Assembly: GCA_965215885.1 (NCBI GenBank)
Contig: CBDCEW010000032.1
Location: 1 to 30,568, forward strand
DNA: 30,568 bases
Reading direction: 5' to 3'
Origin: Candidatus Moanibacter sp.
GTDB lineage: Bacteria > Verrucomicrobiota > Verrucomicrobiia > Opitutales > UBA2987
Position 1 is the first letter of the stretch. Every line of letters starts with the position of its first letter. Positions 1-9,050 of the stretch are shown one piece after another. The position numbers were made by a program, and so were the translations under genes. The notes beneath the pieces were generated by a model. The model saw only the letters and a list, made by a program, of their open reading frames with translations. It did not search any database and was not told where the DNA came from.

Positions 1-426
1 GCCGATTTTTCCGCCCTCGAAGAAAAAGGGAGTGGCGCCGCCGGAGGAATCTCCTTCGGCTTGCGCGTTGCATGCGGCGCCAGAATAGTTTCCGGGTTCG
101 AACTGGGCGCACGCTGGCTGAACCTCGAGGAAAAAATCCGCTCGGCTGATCTGATCCTCACCGGGGAAGGCAAGCTCGACCGCGCTTCCTTTCAAGGCAA
201 AGGACCCGGCACGATCATCAAAATGGCCATGCGAAGCAAGAAACGCGCCTGGGTGTTCTCCGGTCTCGTAGATAATGAGCTGCTAAAGAGACCTCCCTCC
301 CACCTGCGGCCGGACGACATCACCGCCATCTGTCCTCCGGATTATCCCCTCGATCGATCCCTGGCCGAAGCAAAACCTCTATTAGAACAAGCCATCCGGA
401 CAAAACTCCTCTCTTCGGGTGACTGA
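1..426 (+). CDS. glxK: Glycerate kinase (GlxK/GarK family), 3' part; 5' end outside the window
   Basis: Frame is open from base 1: ADFSALEEKGSGAAGGISFGL...ADLILTGEGKLDRASFQGKGPG. GSGAAGG and TGEGxxDxxSxxGK are glycerate kinase family motifs. Confidence 0.9.
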   Translation, partial: ADFSALEEKGSGAAGGISFGLRVACGARIVSGFELGARWLNLEEKIRSADLILTGEGKLDRASFQGKGPGTIIKMAMRSKKRAWVFSGLVDNELLKRPPSHLRPDDITAICPPDYPLDRSLAEAKPLLEQAIRTKLLSSGD

Positions 427-477
427 TATGAGACTTCTCTGCCCTACGGCAGAGCCGGTATTCGGGCGAGGCGAGGA

Positions 478-544
478 ACGAAAAGCTTCCGCTTTCCGCT
501 ACGTTCCGAACCCGAGCGCGTAGCGGAAAGCGGGAGCTTTTCGT
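478..544. repeat. GTAG-type REP doublet / long hairpin downstream of glycerate kinase; possible terminator
   Basis: 26-bp inverted arms ACGAAAAGCTTCCGCTTTCCGCTACG / CGTAGCGGAAAGCGGGAGCTTTTCGT with 1 mismatch and a 15-nt spacer. Confidence 0.7.
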
Positions 545-989
545 CTTCCAGGTTGCCGATATTCTTGCACTCCTTTGATCCGGCAAGGGTCAGCGCGCCG
601 TGGGCTGCACTGACTTGAAATCCCCTCCGCCCGGACAGGAGCGGCTTATCCATCGAAGGACTCTTGATAAATCTCCTCGAAACTGACTGTTCGTTATTCG
701 TCGAAATACGAACAAACGCCACTGCAAATAGATTCTGACTTAGAAACAACCCATCCCTGACCCCTCCGCGGGAGGGGCCATGGGTGGGTCTGCCCTCTTC
801 GAGAGAGCGACCGATACCTCGACAAAGTTCACGATCCCGCTCAGCGGGACTCGCGACAAAGACTCCCTGACGTGAAAAAATGCTCTCTCCAGGCTTCATC
901 GTAAGCCTCCTCGAGAGTGAACCTGAAACGGCGACTAAGTTGACGACGAAGCTAACGACAAAGGTTCGGTTAAGTCCCCATACCTCCCC

Positions 990-1065
990 CCCTTTGCGTC
1001 TTTGCGCCTTTGCGTGAGAATTCTTTCCCTTCCTCTCCGTTTTCCTCAGTTACCTTCTGTTCAGA
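990..1065. repeat. Composite short-period intergenic repeat, copy 1 (CTTTGCGT/CTTTGCGC units plus CTCTCCGTTT...CTGTT)
   Basis: Similar to 21861-21930 in the same order of sub-motifs. Confidence 0.65.
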
Positions 1066-1804
1066 TCTCCTCTCTCCACTTAAAGAGCATCTTCTCAAGC
1101 ACCCTCACGAGGAAAAAGGCGAAGATTGCAAGCAGGCTGGCGATGACGGTCACTGCATAGAGTCGATCGGTGCGAAACTCAGTGGTGGATTGGACAATGA
1201 GATAACCGAGCCCATTCTGGGCAAAGAGCCATTCCGCCACAATAGCGCCGATGATACTTCCCGTAAAAGCGATCTCGTGAGCCGCGATGTAGTAGGGCAA
1301 CGCTGCCGGCCAGCAGGCTTTCCTGAAGATCTGCCAGTTCGAGGCATTGAGCGCCTTCATCCGGTCCAGCAGTACCGTATCGACCGATTTCAGGCCCTTC
1401 GAAACGTTGGCAAGAATCGGGAAAAAGGTAATAAGAATTACGATGATAACTTTGGGCCCCAACGTATCGCCCATCGTGACGATCAGGATGCTGGCGATGG
1501 TCGGGAAAGGAATATTCTTCACCACCACCATCCACGGCGTGGCAAAAGACTCAAACCACCGGACATAAAGAAACGAGACCGCTAACCCGATCGCCAGGAC
1601 GTTGGCAAAGGCGTACCCGATGACCGCTTCTTTCAAGGTCGTCCAGGTGTGGTGGAGCAGTTCCATACGCTCCTCGAAAAGGACGCGCCCTACCAGATCC
1701 AAGGGAGGGAACAAAACCGGTTTCGGATCAAATAACCAAATCGCACCATACCAGAGGATCGGTATCGAGATAAGCATGAGGAGGTATGCGCGTCTCTCCG
1801 TCAT
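1061..1804 (-). CDS. ABC transporter permease, NitT/TauT (SsuC/TauC-like) family
   Basis: Multiple hydrophobic helices, an EAA-like loop (DRMKALNASNWQIFRKACWPAALP) and GAIVAEW...GLGYLI. Start placed at ATG 1804 (MTERRAY), 2 bp after the ATPase stop. Confidence 0.9.
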   Translation of the reverse strand: MTERRAYLLMLISIPILWYGAIWLFDPKPVLFPPLDLVGRVLFEERMELLHHTWTTLKEAVIGYAFANVLAIGLAVSFLYVRWFESFATPWMVVVKNIPFPTIASILIVTMGDTLGPKVIIVILITFFPILANVSKGLKSVDTVLLDRMKALNASNWQIFRKACWPAALPYYIAAHEIAFTGSIIGAIVAEWLFAQNGLGYLIVQSTTEFRTDRLYAVTVIASLLAIFAFFLVRVLEKMLFKWREEI

Positions 1805-1806
1805 GT

Positions 1807-2550
1807 TTAGTCCATTACTCGATAGAGGGAATCGCGTACCCGTGCCGTTTCCGACAGATAGATCTCGTCCGTTTTGGAGCCCGGGTCCGAAAACTCCGCG
1901 ATATCGAGGATCTCTTCGATCCGACCCGGACGCGGCGACAGGACAATCACGCGATCGGACAGCGTGACAGCCTCGTCCACGCTGTGGGTCACCAGAATCA
2001 CGGTTTTTCTGGCTTTCTCTAATATTCCGCTCAGCCACGCTCCCATCGTCTCGCGAGTCAATTCATCGAGTGATCCAAAAGGCTCATCGAGAAGCAGAAT
2101 CTCCGGATTATGAACGAGCGCGCAGGCGATATTCACGCGCTGCTGCATACCTCCTGACAACTGGTGGGGATACCGATCGACAAAATCCTCCAATCCAAAC
2201 TCCTTGAGGAGGGCCTCCGGAGACATGGCGTCTTCATCACCCGTGATCTCCAGAGTCAAGCGCACGTTTTTCAAAGCCGTGCGAGAGGGGACCAGGGCCG
2301 GTCTTTGAAATGCGAGTCCAATCTTGTGTTGCCGGCAGGATTCCTGGGGAGACGATCCATTAATGGAAACCAACCCCGCGGTTGGTTCTTCAAGTCCCGC
2401 TACGATCCGCAGGAGAGTCGTCTTCCCGCACCCGGAAGGTCCGATGAGCGAGACGAACTCGCCTTCTTCGACTTCGATGTCGACCTTCTCAAGTGCGACT
2501 ACATCTTTTCCAAATGTCTTCTCAATCGCTCTGAGTTCAATCGCCGCCAT
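1807..2550 (-). CDS. ABC transporter ATP-binding protein, NitT/TauT family
   Basis: Walker A GPSGCGKT, signature LSGGMQQR, Walker B LLLDEPF, H-loop VTHSVDEA. Start placed at MAAIEL (2550). Confidence 0.95.
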   Translation of the reverse strand: MAAIELRAIEKTFGKDVVALEKVDIEVEEGEFVSLIGPSGCGKTTLLRIVAGLEEPTAGLVSINGSSPQESCRQHKIGLAFQRPALVPSRTALKNVRLTLEITGDEDAMSPEALLKEFGLEDFVDRYPHQLSGGMQQRVNIACALVHNPEILLLDEPFGSLDELTRETMGAWLSGILEKARKTVILVTHSVDEAVTLSDRVIVLSPRPGRIEEILDIAEFSDPGSKTDEIYLSETARVRDSLYRVMD

Positions 2551-3018
2551 ACAGAATATCTCATCAATGGATATGCGCGAAATGAATAAGGAAAGCAAGA
2601 AAGCAGAAATTGCATTGTAGTCTGGAAATCTCACTACCGAGCGAAGTGACATCTTCCTTTTTCTGGACTGCGGCGAAATCGCCTCTGCCCGTCAGGGTTT
2701 CTTTGTCGCAAGGACCTTCGGGTAGGCGCCGACTCTTCACTTGATCATTCAGGCTTGGGCCTTTGATACTGGATATTCTCCATCCGTTGTTTTCTCAATC
2801 CGTCCGTGGTGAGCTCGTCGAATCCATTGGGATTCTCTCCTAATTCATTCCGCGATTTTCTCGAATCCGTGGTCAATTCTTCTTCATTCGCGTTCATTTG
2901 CGTCCATTCGCGGTTCTCTTCTTCTTCCCGCTCAGCGGGATTGCGGCTTCTCTGCGGTAGGTCAGCCGTGGTCGCACACTCATCCTTCAGTTAATCCAAT
3001 GATCCAACATTCCAGTCC

Positions 3019-4164
3019 TCACATACATCCCGGTATCTGCACTTTGCCGTATTTGAGCAGCACCGCCGATAGCTCGTTGACGCGATCTTCCCGCAAATGC
3101 AGGAGAGGGACTCCGTCATCATCTGTGATGAATTCATACTGCAGCTCGAACCGGCGTAAGATCTGACTTAAACTCAATTTGGAGTCTGTCGCAAAACGAG
3201 CGGTAATCTCCGCTCCCTCCTCCGGATTGGCCAGCATAAAGCGGACGGCGCGATCGAGCGCATAGGCGTAACCCCTCACGATACCGGGCCGCTCCTCCGC
3301 CGTCTCTTTCCGAACGACCGATATATCGGTATACTCGTCCAATCCATAGTCGACAAAGGAAAAGGCGACCCAGTTATAGAAGCCGTTGTCTTCCAGCATC
3401 CTGGGCTGATTGACGAGCCAGGCCGCGAAAAAATCCATCCGTCCGAGCATCAAAAGCTCCGGGGTATTGCCCGCCTTCATGAGCGTGATGCTGCCCGGCG
3501 GTAGGTCGAACATATCCATGGCGTATTCGTAAAAGATCTCAGTGCCCCCCTGCACCCCAACCGATTTACCGATGAGATCCTGCGGCGTGAGCTTCTTCGT
3601 GGACCGCTGGCTTTTCGGAATCGAATCGTCCAGCATTATCCAGGCATGCGGGCTGTGCTTCAGCAGCGTGGCAATCACGAGGAAATCGCCTCCCCCCGTG
3701 GGCGTGGACATCAGCTGAACAATGCTGATGATATTGGGAGTCATGACTATATCGACGACCCCGGAAGCGAGCGTGAGCAGATTATTGATCCCAGGGCTCG
3801 CGGGAAGGAACTCCACCTCCAGACCCGCTTCGCGAAAGTATCCTCTATCCTTAGCGATATAGAGCGCTGCCGCCTCATCATTGTGGATCCACGGCAAACC
3901 GATCATCACTTTCTCCAAAGACTCATTGGCCGGCAAATCGACCGGCTCGCCAGGTTTCGGAAGAAATTCGTTAGTAATAAAATTGCTCGCAGGGAAGTTC
4001 TCTTCGATGCAGACTTGGATCTCCTCGAGCGTGCGCTCGTCTGCGTCCTCCCTCGCCCTCCCTTGCCCCGGAGTGTCTCGCTCACCGCCACCACATCCTG
4101 TCACAAGCAACTTCACCGTGAGCAATAACGACAGGAAAACGATCTGTAATGCTGACAACTTCAT
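3019..4164 (-). CDS. ABC transporter substrate-binding lipoprotein, NMT1/THI5 (SsuA-like) family
   Basis: Lipoprotein signal MKLS...LLVTG|C; LPWIHNDEAAALYIAKDRGYFREAGLEVE and DLIGKSVG are typical of NMT1/THI5-like proteins; adjacent to the NitT/TauT ATPase and permease. Confidence 0.85.
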   Translation of the reverse strand: MKLSALQIVFLSLLLTVKLLVTGCGGGERDTPGQGRAREDADERTLEEIQVCIEENFPASNFITNEFLPKPGEPVDLPANESLEKVMIGLPWIHNDEAAALYIAKDRGYFREAGLEVEFLPASPGINNLLTLASGVVDIVMTPNIISIVQLMSTPTGGGDFLVIATLLKHSPHAWIMLDDSIPKSQRSTKKLTPQDLIGKSVGVQGGTEIFYEYAMDMFDLPPGSITLMKAGNTPELLMLGRMDFFAAWLVNQPRMLEDNGFYNWVAFSFVDYGLDEYTDISVVRKETAEERPGIVRGYAYALDRAVRFMLANPEEGAEITARFATDSKLSLSQILRRFELQYEFITDDDGVPLLHLREDRVNELSAVLLKYGKVQIPGCM

Positions 4165-4257
4165 ATGGGCTAGATTGAGATTCACGTAAAACCTGATTCG
4201 AATAAAGAACGAAAGGGTCAAGCTTGAATGGCACAAATTGAAGGAATCGTTACGCTG

Positions 4258-4282
4258 ATCACCGATGTTCCCGATTCGGCCG
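4258..4282. repeat. 25-bp exact dispersed repeat, copy 1
   Basis: ATCACCGATGTTCCCGATTCGGCCG is identical to 10331-10355. Confidence 0.8.
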
Positions 4283-4524
4283 GATGAGAACGTGGGGACT
4301 TTCAGCAGACTCCACTCCAATTGTTGATCTCTCGACAATCCGGCTCTTATACGATTCGAGAATCCTGGTTAAGCCCTATGTGCGGGAATGGCTAAGCGAT
4401 GCCGTGCGTAATTTCGTGGAGGAACAAGAGATTCCAATCCGCTATACTCGGGAAGGGCGGGGAGATGGAAATGAGGAATATCCACCACTGGCGCTTCGAC
4501 AGCAATACTTTGAATATCTCCAAT

Positions 4525-4642
4525 GACTCGGAAAAGGATATTTGCTATTGCGCAATGGCTGAGCTACCGTCCCGATCCAATGTTGGCCTCATCGGTTGCC
4601 TACAGGAGCAATTTGAAACGGCCTGTGTTTCAGGGAACTCTT
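4525..4642 (+). pseudogene. 118-bp duplicated internal fragment of the LacI regulator gene
   Basis: 112/118 identical (counted by eye) to 9155-9272; encodes TRKRIFAIAQWLSYRPDPMLASSVAYRSNLKRPVFQGTL. Confidence 0.85.
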
Positions 4643-4665
4643 TCTAAAACTCCAATCCTCTCGCC

Positions 4666-5478
4666 ATGGAAGAACGTGATCTTTCCTTCAAAGCAGTCGA
4701 GAACCCTTCTCCTGCGAAACTCACTCCGGAGCAGATCGAGCGTTACAACGAAGAGGGTTTCATTCTGCCGCTCGATCTGTTCAACGCCGAAGAGATTGCG
4801 AAACATCGCGAATATTTTGACAATCTCCTGCAGAAACTATCCGATCTGAATGACGGGCGAGACGCCTATGCCTTAAACCGCTACCAGGCCCTCTGTGAAG
4901 GTATCTGGGATCTCTGCAACGAGCCGCGCATCCTGGATTACGTCGAAGATATAGTCGGTCCGAATATCATCGCCTGGGCGTCCCACTACTTCTGTAAGCT
5001 TCCCTACGACAAGAAGACAGTCCCATGGCACCAGGATGCATCCTACTGGCACTTGACACCCGCACGAACAGTTACGGTCTGGCTCGCTCTTGATGATGCC
5101 GACGAAGAGAATTCAGCGATGAAGTTCATACCTGGAACCCATAGGCTCGGCCACCTGAAATGGAGGGAAGCGGAAGGCGATACCGTCCTGCATCAGGAAA
5201 TCCCGAAAATCGAACGGTACGGGAAACCCGTATATGATTGTCTGAAAGCGGGGCAAATCTCCCTTCACGCCGATATGCTTGCTCACGGTTCCGATCCCAA
5301 CAATTCACCTCGCCGCCGCTGCGGTCTTACCGTCCGCTACTGCCCGCCGGAGGTGCGCGCAACCTCACCCGGTTGGAACGTCGGATGCATCATCGCTCGC
5401 GGCAGCGATCCCACCGGGAACTGGAACCATAATCCCCGCCCCATCGGCGATACCCTTGTCAAAGACGTCACCACCTGA
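4666..5478 (+). CDS. Phytanoyl-CoA dioxygenase (PhyH) family Fe(II)/2OG dioxygenase, copy 1
   Basis: LTPEQIERYNEEGF N-terminus, HxD (WHQDASYW), distal His (LAHGS) and 2OG-binding Arg (PRRRCG). Confidence 0.9.
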   Translation: MEERDLSFKAVENPSPAKLTPEQIERYNEEGFILPLDLFNAEEIAKHREYFDNLLQKLSDLNDGRDAYALNRYQALCEGIWDLCNEPRILDYVEDIVGPNIIAWASHYFCKLPYDKKTVPWHQDASYWHLTPARTVTVWLALDDADEENSAMKFIPGTHRLGHLKWREAEGDTVLHQEIPKIERYGKPVYDCLKAGQISLHADMLAHGSDPNNSPRRRCGLTVRYCPPEVRATSPGWNVGCIIARGSDPTGNWNHNPRPIGDTLVKDVTT

Positions 5479-7202
5479 AAAGCGCCGAAATCGATCGGGG
5501 GAATTAAATAACAACCCTTTAGTTTCTGTTCTGAATTAAATAACAACCCTTTAGTTTCTGTTCGCAAATTCTCATCAACCCAATCGACGTGCGCGCTGCC
5601 GTTATACTCATGGCCCCCCACGAAGAGTTCGATGCAAAACGCATCCTCGACGCCGGCTGCCGCGTATATTCGCTTAACGTCACGATACAGATCACTGACC
5701 GAGTTATGGGTATTGTAACAGCCATAGTCGATCCGAAGCGCTCGGGGCGCTACCAGGCCGCATAGCTCACGCTTATCCATGAATTTGAGCAATCCCGGAA
5801 TATAATGTCCGCCACATTGCTCGTTTATAATCAAGTTTGCCATCTTTTCGCTACGCACGCTGCAAGCACACATGGCCGCTTTAATCCGTTGATCCGCCGC
5901 CGCAAAAGAAAGCGAATAGTGGGAAGCCAGCGAGATCCCCGAGCAGCCAATCCGCTCCGGATCCACCTCGGGACGTGACTGGGCATAGTCGACTGTCCGC
6001 ATCAAATCCCACACGTTCATTGCCATCAAACTGCGCCCGTACTCCTGCAACCGGCTATGGCTGATATCGCAAAGGTTTTGCGTGAAACACCCATGAGGCG
6101 CTAACTTCGCTCCTTGGGTAAACATCGTCGTTCGCGGCTCCACCGGATCAGATCGATTGAACATAAAGCGCGACTCCACCGCCAGCACCACATAACCACG
6201 CCGGGCACATTGGCGGGCCGGTTTTGCACGCTCCGTATCAGCCCCGCCATGCCCGCCAATGTAAATCACCGCCGCTCCATTCCGGCTCAGTTTTCTAGGA
6301 ATCAAAACAAAGACCGGCATCCACAGGTCCCGCTCCACCTCAAGCTCCACCGTCTCCTTGAAGTACTCTCCTTCATCCTCTCGGCTCAGCAGATTCGATT
6401 TCAGGCATTGGTCTTCGGGAAAATCCCCTAAGAGCTCCATATACTTCTTGTAGGTTATCCGCTGCCAACAACGCCAGTCCTCCATTGTCTCTCCTCGGAA
6501 CCTGTACGGCACCGGTTCGTTGCTGAGACGATTGAAGTAGTGAAACGGTGAATAACGTGGATTAACCTCTTCCACGCAGTTTCGCTCAACATCCGCTTCA
6601 TCCGGATACCTCCCAATTACAATCCCTACCGGGGGATTCCAAGTTTTGTCTTTCGACGAAAGAGCGATGCCTACATCTTCCAACGGAGTATAATCCGTGC
6701 CATAAATCCGCACCCCGAAATAGCACGGTTGTTGATGCGACATCTCCATCATGACGAGGTTCGGGCCCTCTTCTACAGTAACCCTGCAAACATTATCGTC
6801 GGGCTTAAATTGTTCCTTAGTCTGGAAGTCGCATAAGACCCGGTCATTCACCCACAACTTGACCCCGCGATAAACTGATACCTCCATCAGGATTTCCCGT
6901 CTGCGTTCCGACCAGACGTAGGTTGCGGCGTAGGCGAAACCGATCTCTGTCATGGGCGCCACTCCTCGCGGACCCTCCGTCTTTTCAACCAACAGATTGG
7001 GCAGAAAACCGATGTCATTGACGATTTGAAAATACTTCCACTCCCCGGGAGACTGATCCGGAGCCCCGGGCACCACAGCCTCTTCGGATGGATCCTTCAA
7101 CGAGGTCGTATTTATCAGCCAATCAAGCACATGGCCATCCAATCCCACTAACTTTGCCATTGAAAATGGGGCCTCTCCGGAATATGTTTCCCATTTATTC
7201 AT
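5337..7202 (-). CDS. Alpha/beta-hydrolase (acetylxylan esterase/dienelactone hydrolase-like) with N-terminal beta-rich accessory domain; 3' end uncertain
   Basis: VWDLMRTVDYAQSRPEVDPERIGCSGISLA nucleophile elbow, LVAPRAL and GGHEY. N-terminal AYAATYVWS...GVKLWVN...GPNLVM resembles beta-sandwich accessory domains. The last ~75 aa run through a tandem duplication and into the convergent phyH gene. Confidence 0.8.
   Translation of the reverse strand: MNKWETYSGEAPFSMAKLVGLDGHVLDWLINTTSLKDPSEEAVVPGAPDQSPGEWKYFQIVNDIGFLPNLLVEKTEGPRGVAPMTEIGFAYAATYVWSERRREILMEVSVYRGVKLWVNDRVLCDFQTKEQFKPDDNVCRVTVEEGPNLVMMEMSHQQPCYFGVRIYGTDYTPLEDVGIALSSKDKTWNPPVGIVIGRYPDEADVERNCVEEVNPRYSPFHYFNRLSNEPVPYRFRGETMEDWRCWQRITYKKYMELLGDFPEDQCLKSNLLSREDEGEYFKETVELEVERDLWMPVFVLIPRKLSRNGAAVIYIGGHGGADTERAKPARQCARRGYVVLAVESRFMFNRSDPVEPRTTMFTQGAKLAPHGCFTQNLCDISHSRLQEYGRSLMAMNVWDLMRTVDYAQSRPEVDPERIGCSGISLASHYSLSFAAADQRIKAAMCACSVRSEKMANLIINEQCGGHYIPGLLKFMDKRELCGLVAPRALRIDYGCYNTHNSVSDLYRDVKRIYAAAGVEDAFCIELFVGGHEYNGSAHVDWVDENLRTETKGLLFNSEQKLKGCYLIPPIDFGAFQVVTSLTRVSPMGRGLWFQFPVGSLPRAMMHPTFQPGEVARTSGGQ
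5501..5563. repeat. Perfect 31-bp tandem duplication (period 32)
   Basis: GAATTAAATAACAACCCTTTAGTTTCTGTTC at 5501-5531 and 5533-5563. Confidence 0.95.
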
Positions 7203-7638
7203 TTCTTTTTGATTCCCTTCCCTTCTTCTCAAAATAACCACATCCCCGCTTATTCATTTTTCAAGACGCTTTGGCGATTGTTTTGCGTTGTATCTGCCAG
7301 TTCAGTTCCTTCGAAACAGACTGGCAAGAACCAAGGGGGTTTTCACCCGAATCAAGAATTCAGAACTGACCCGAATGGCGCTACTTAAGGCAGGAATCGC
7401 TCGCAACCGCCGTCGCGCGGTGGGCTGTGGCGAGTCATGAGCGAGCTTCCTATCCCGGCAAGCCGGGACGTAAATTGTTATAGGAAGGCCGCTTGTCAAA
7501 GACCCTGAGCTCTGTCGAAGTGCGGCCGAAACGAACAAAGGTCGGATGGACCGGTTTGCCCGCTATCTTAGCGCCATTCAGACCTGACCCCTTTTGCTCC
7601 CCCAAGCTAGAAAATCGTGTATGTATCCGCTTCAAAAA

Positions 7639-7667
7639 TTGACATCCTGTTTCCCCATCGGGATCAT
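7639..7667 (+). promoter_or_regulatory. Candidate sigma70 promoter for phyH copy 2
   Basis: TTGACA-17 bp-GATCAT; a TACAAT also occurs at 7677. RBS GGAGA precedes ATG 7725. Confidence 0.35.
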
Positions 7668-7724
7668 CCGGAACTTTACAATCACTTGATCCGCGCGCTG
7701 GCGCGCGCGGATTGCGGAGACACG

Positions 7725-8612
7725 ATGGATCGCTCATGCCAGGATTATTGCCTGACCGAAGACGAACGGATTGCGTTTGAAAGAGACGGCTTTTTTATAG
7801 TTCAAAATGCCCTGGATCCCGACCGGGTGGACAGATTGACCCGGTCCGTTGACCGGCTCGACGGTCTTTTCGCGACCGGATCGCGACCGGTGATGAAGAC
7901 CCGGAAGATGTGATGGTGAGTCCGGGGCGGATGGCGTCTCACGATCCATTTCAACTCGTTAATGTCTTTCGACATGATGATGTATTTCTGGAGTTGGTAG
8001 ATTTACCCCGGATCTTCCCCAAAGTGTGGGGCATTCTGGGCTGGAATATCAAACTCTATGTGACCCAGATGGTGACCACCCCTCAGGTGCCGGCAGAGGA
8101 CACGCGCAAAACCATCGACAAATGGCACCGGGACAGCGGGCGGTTGAACATCGAACTGGAAACAACTCCCCAACCGCGTGTGTCGCTCAAGGTCGGGTTT
8201 TTTGACGGATGCAGTGACAGATGAGGCCGGCAATTTTTATGTGATTCGAGGCAGCCATCTGAAAGATGAAGTGGTCATTCCCGAGGACGGCACACTTCCC
8301 GAGGATGCGATTGCAGTCCGGATTAAAGCCGGCTCCGCCGTGATTTTCGACCGGCGAATCTTGCATTCTGCAAGTCGGAATTTTTCAGAGGTCACACGGA
8401 AAGTGCTGTTCTACGGTTATAGCTACCGATGGTTACAGCCCCGGGACGATATGACTGTTGAACACCTTATGGATCAGAGTGATCCGATTCGCAGACAGTT
8501 GCTGGGGGCCAGCCCCAGCGGCGGGTTCGGTTATACATCCCCCAGGGATGAGGATGTGCCGTTGAAGCTCTGGTTGCAGGAAAACCTGGATCCGGAAGCA
8601 GTTATACCCTAG
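7725..8612 (+). pseudogene. PhyH-family dioxygenase, copy 2, split by two homopolymer frameshifts (pseudogene or sequencing error)
   Basis: Three consecutive ORFs join into one protein: LTEDERIAFERDGF / WHRDSG / ILHSASRN..TRKVL. The frame breaks at T4 (7867-7870) and T6 (8198-8203). Confidence 0.85.
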
Positions 8613-9050
8613 GGAATCCCGGAAAGCGGGGATTGGAAGTTAGTTCGAATTGATTTTCTTCACTTTATCGACAAGGTTCGCGAGTGAAGTTCGCGACAAG
8701 GTTACCAGGGAAGTAGGAGTTACCTTCACAATTCGGTCAAGAATCTCCTGACTGCTAACCTACGTAGGACTCAGCGGAGCAAACCTCGTCGCGAACCTTG
8801 TCGTAATCTGTGATCGTACACTGAGTCGTGTACTGCATGGTTGCGGTTCTGAAGCGCTGGGTTTCCATCTCTTCCATTCTCACTTCCGGACTCCCTTTCT
8901 TTCCCACGGTTCTGTATGAATTCCAAGTTCATGCCGACAGATTCCTAAGCCACTCCAGCGAAGTTTGTGTGGGAAATCCCACCGAAGTCGTGTCGAAAAA
9001 CTGGACAGTTTCTCACATTAATAGGTACACTCCCAGAAGGGACCAGGTGA

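Noticed and set aside
444..899. 151-aa minus-strand ORF
   Set aside because: Runs through REP hairpins and tandem repeats; no recognisable domain.
4165..4340. TPP riboswitch upstream of the NMT1/THI5-like gene
   Set aside because: The conserved CTGAGA and ACCTGA...TAAT...GCG.AGG elements are not found on the minus strand.
4284..4526. 80-aa ORF as a transposase remnant (DAVRNFVEEQEIPIRY)
   Set aside because: Only a vague resemblance, with no catalytic motif or termini; needs an HMM search.
5501..5563. CRISPR array from the 31-bp direct repeat
   Set aside because: Only two copies, separated by 1 bp; no spacers and no cas genes.
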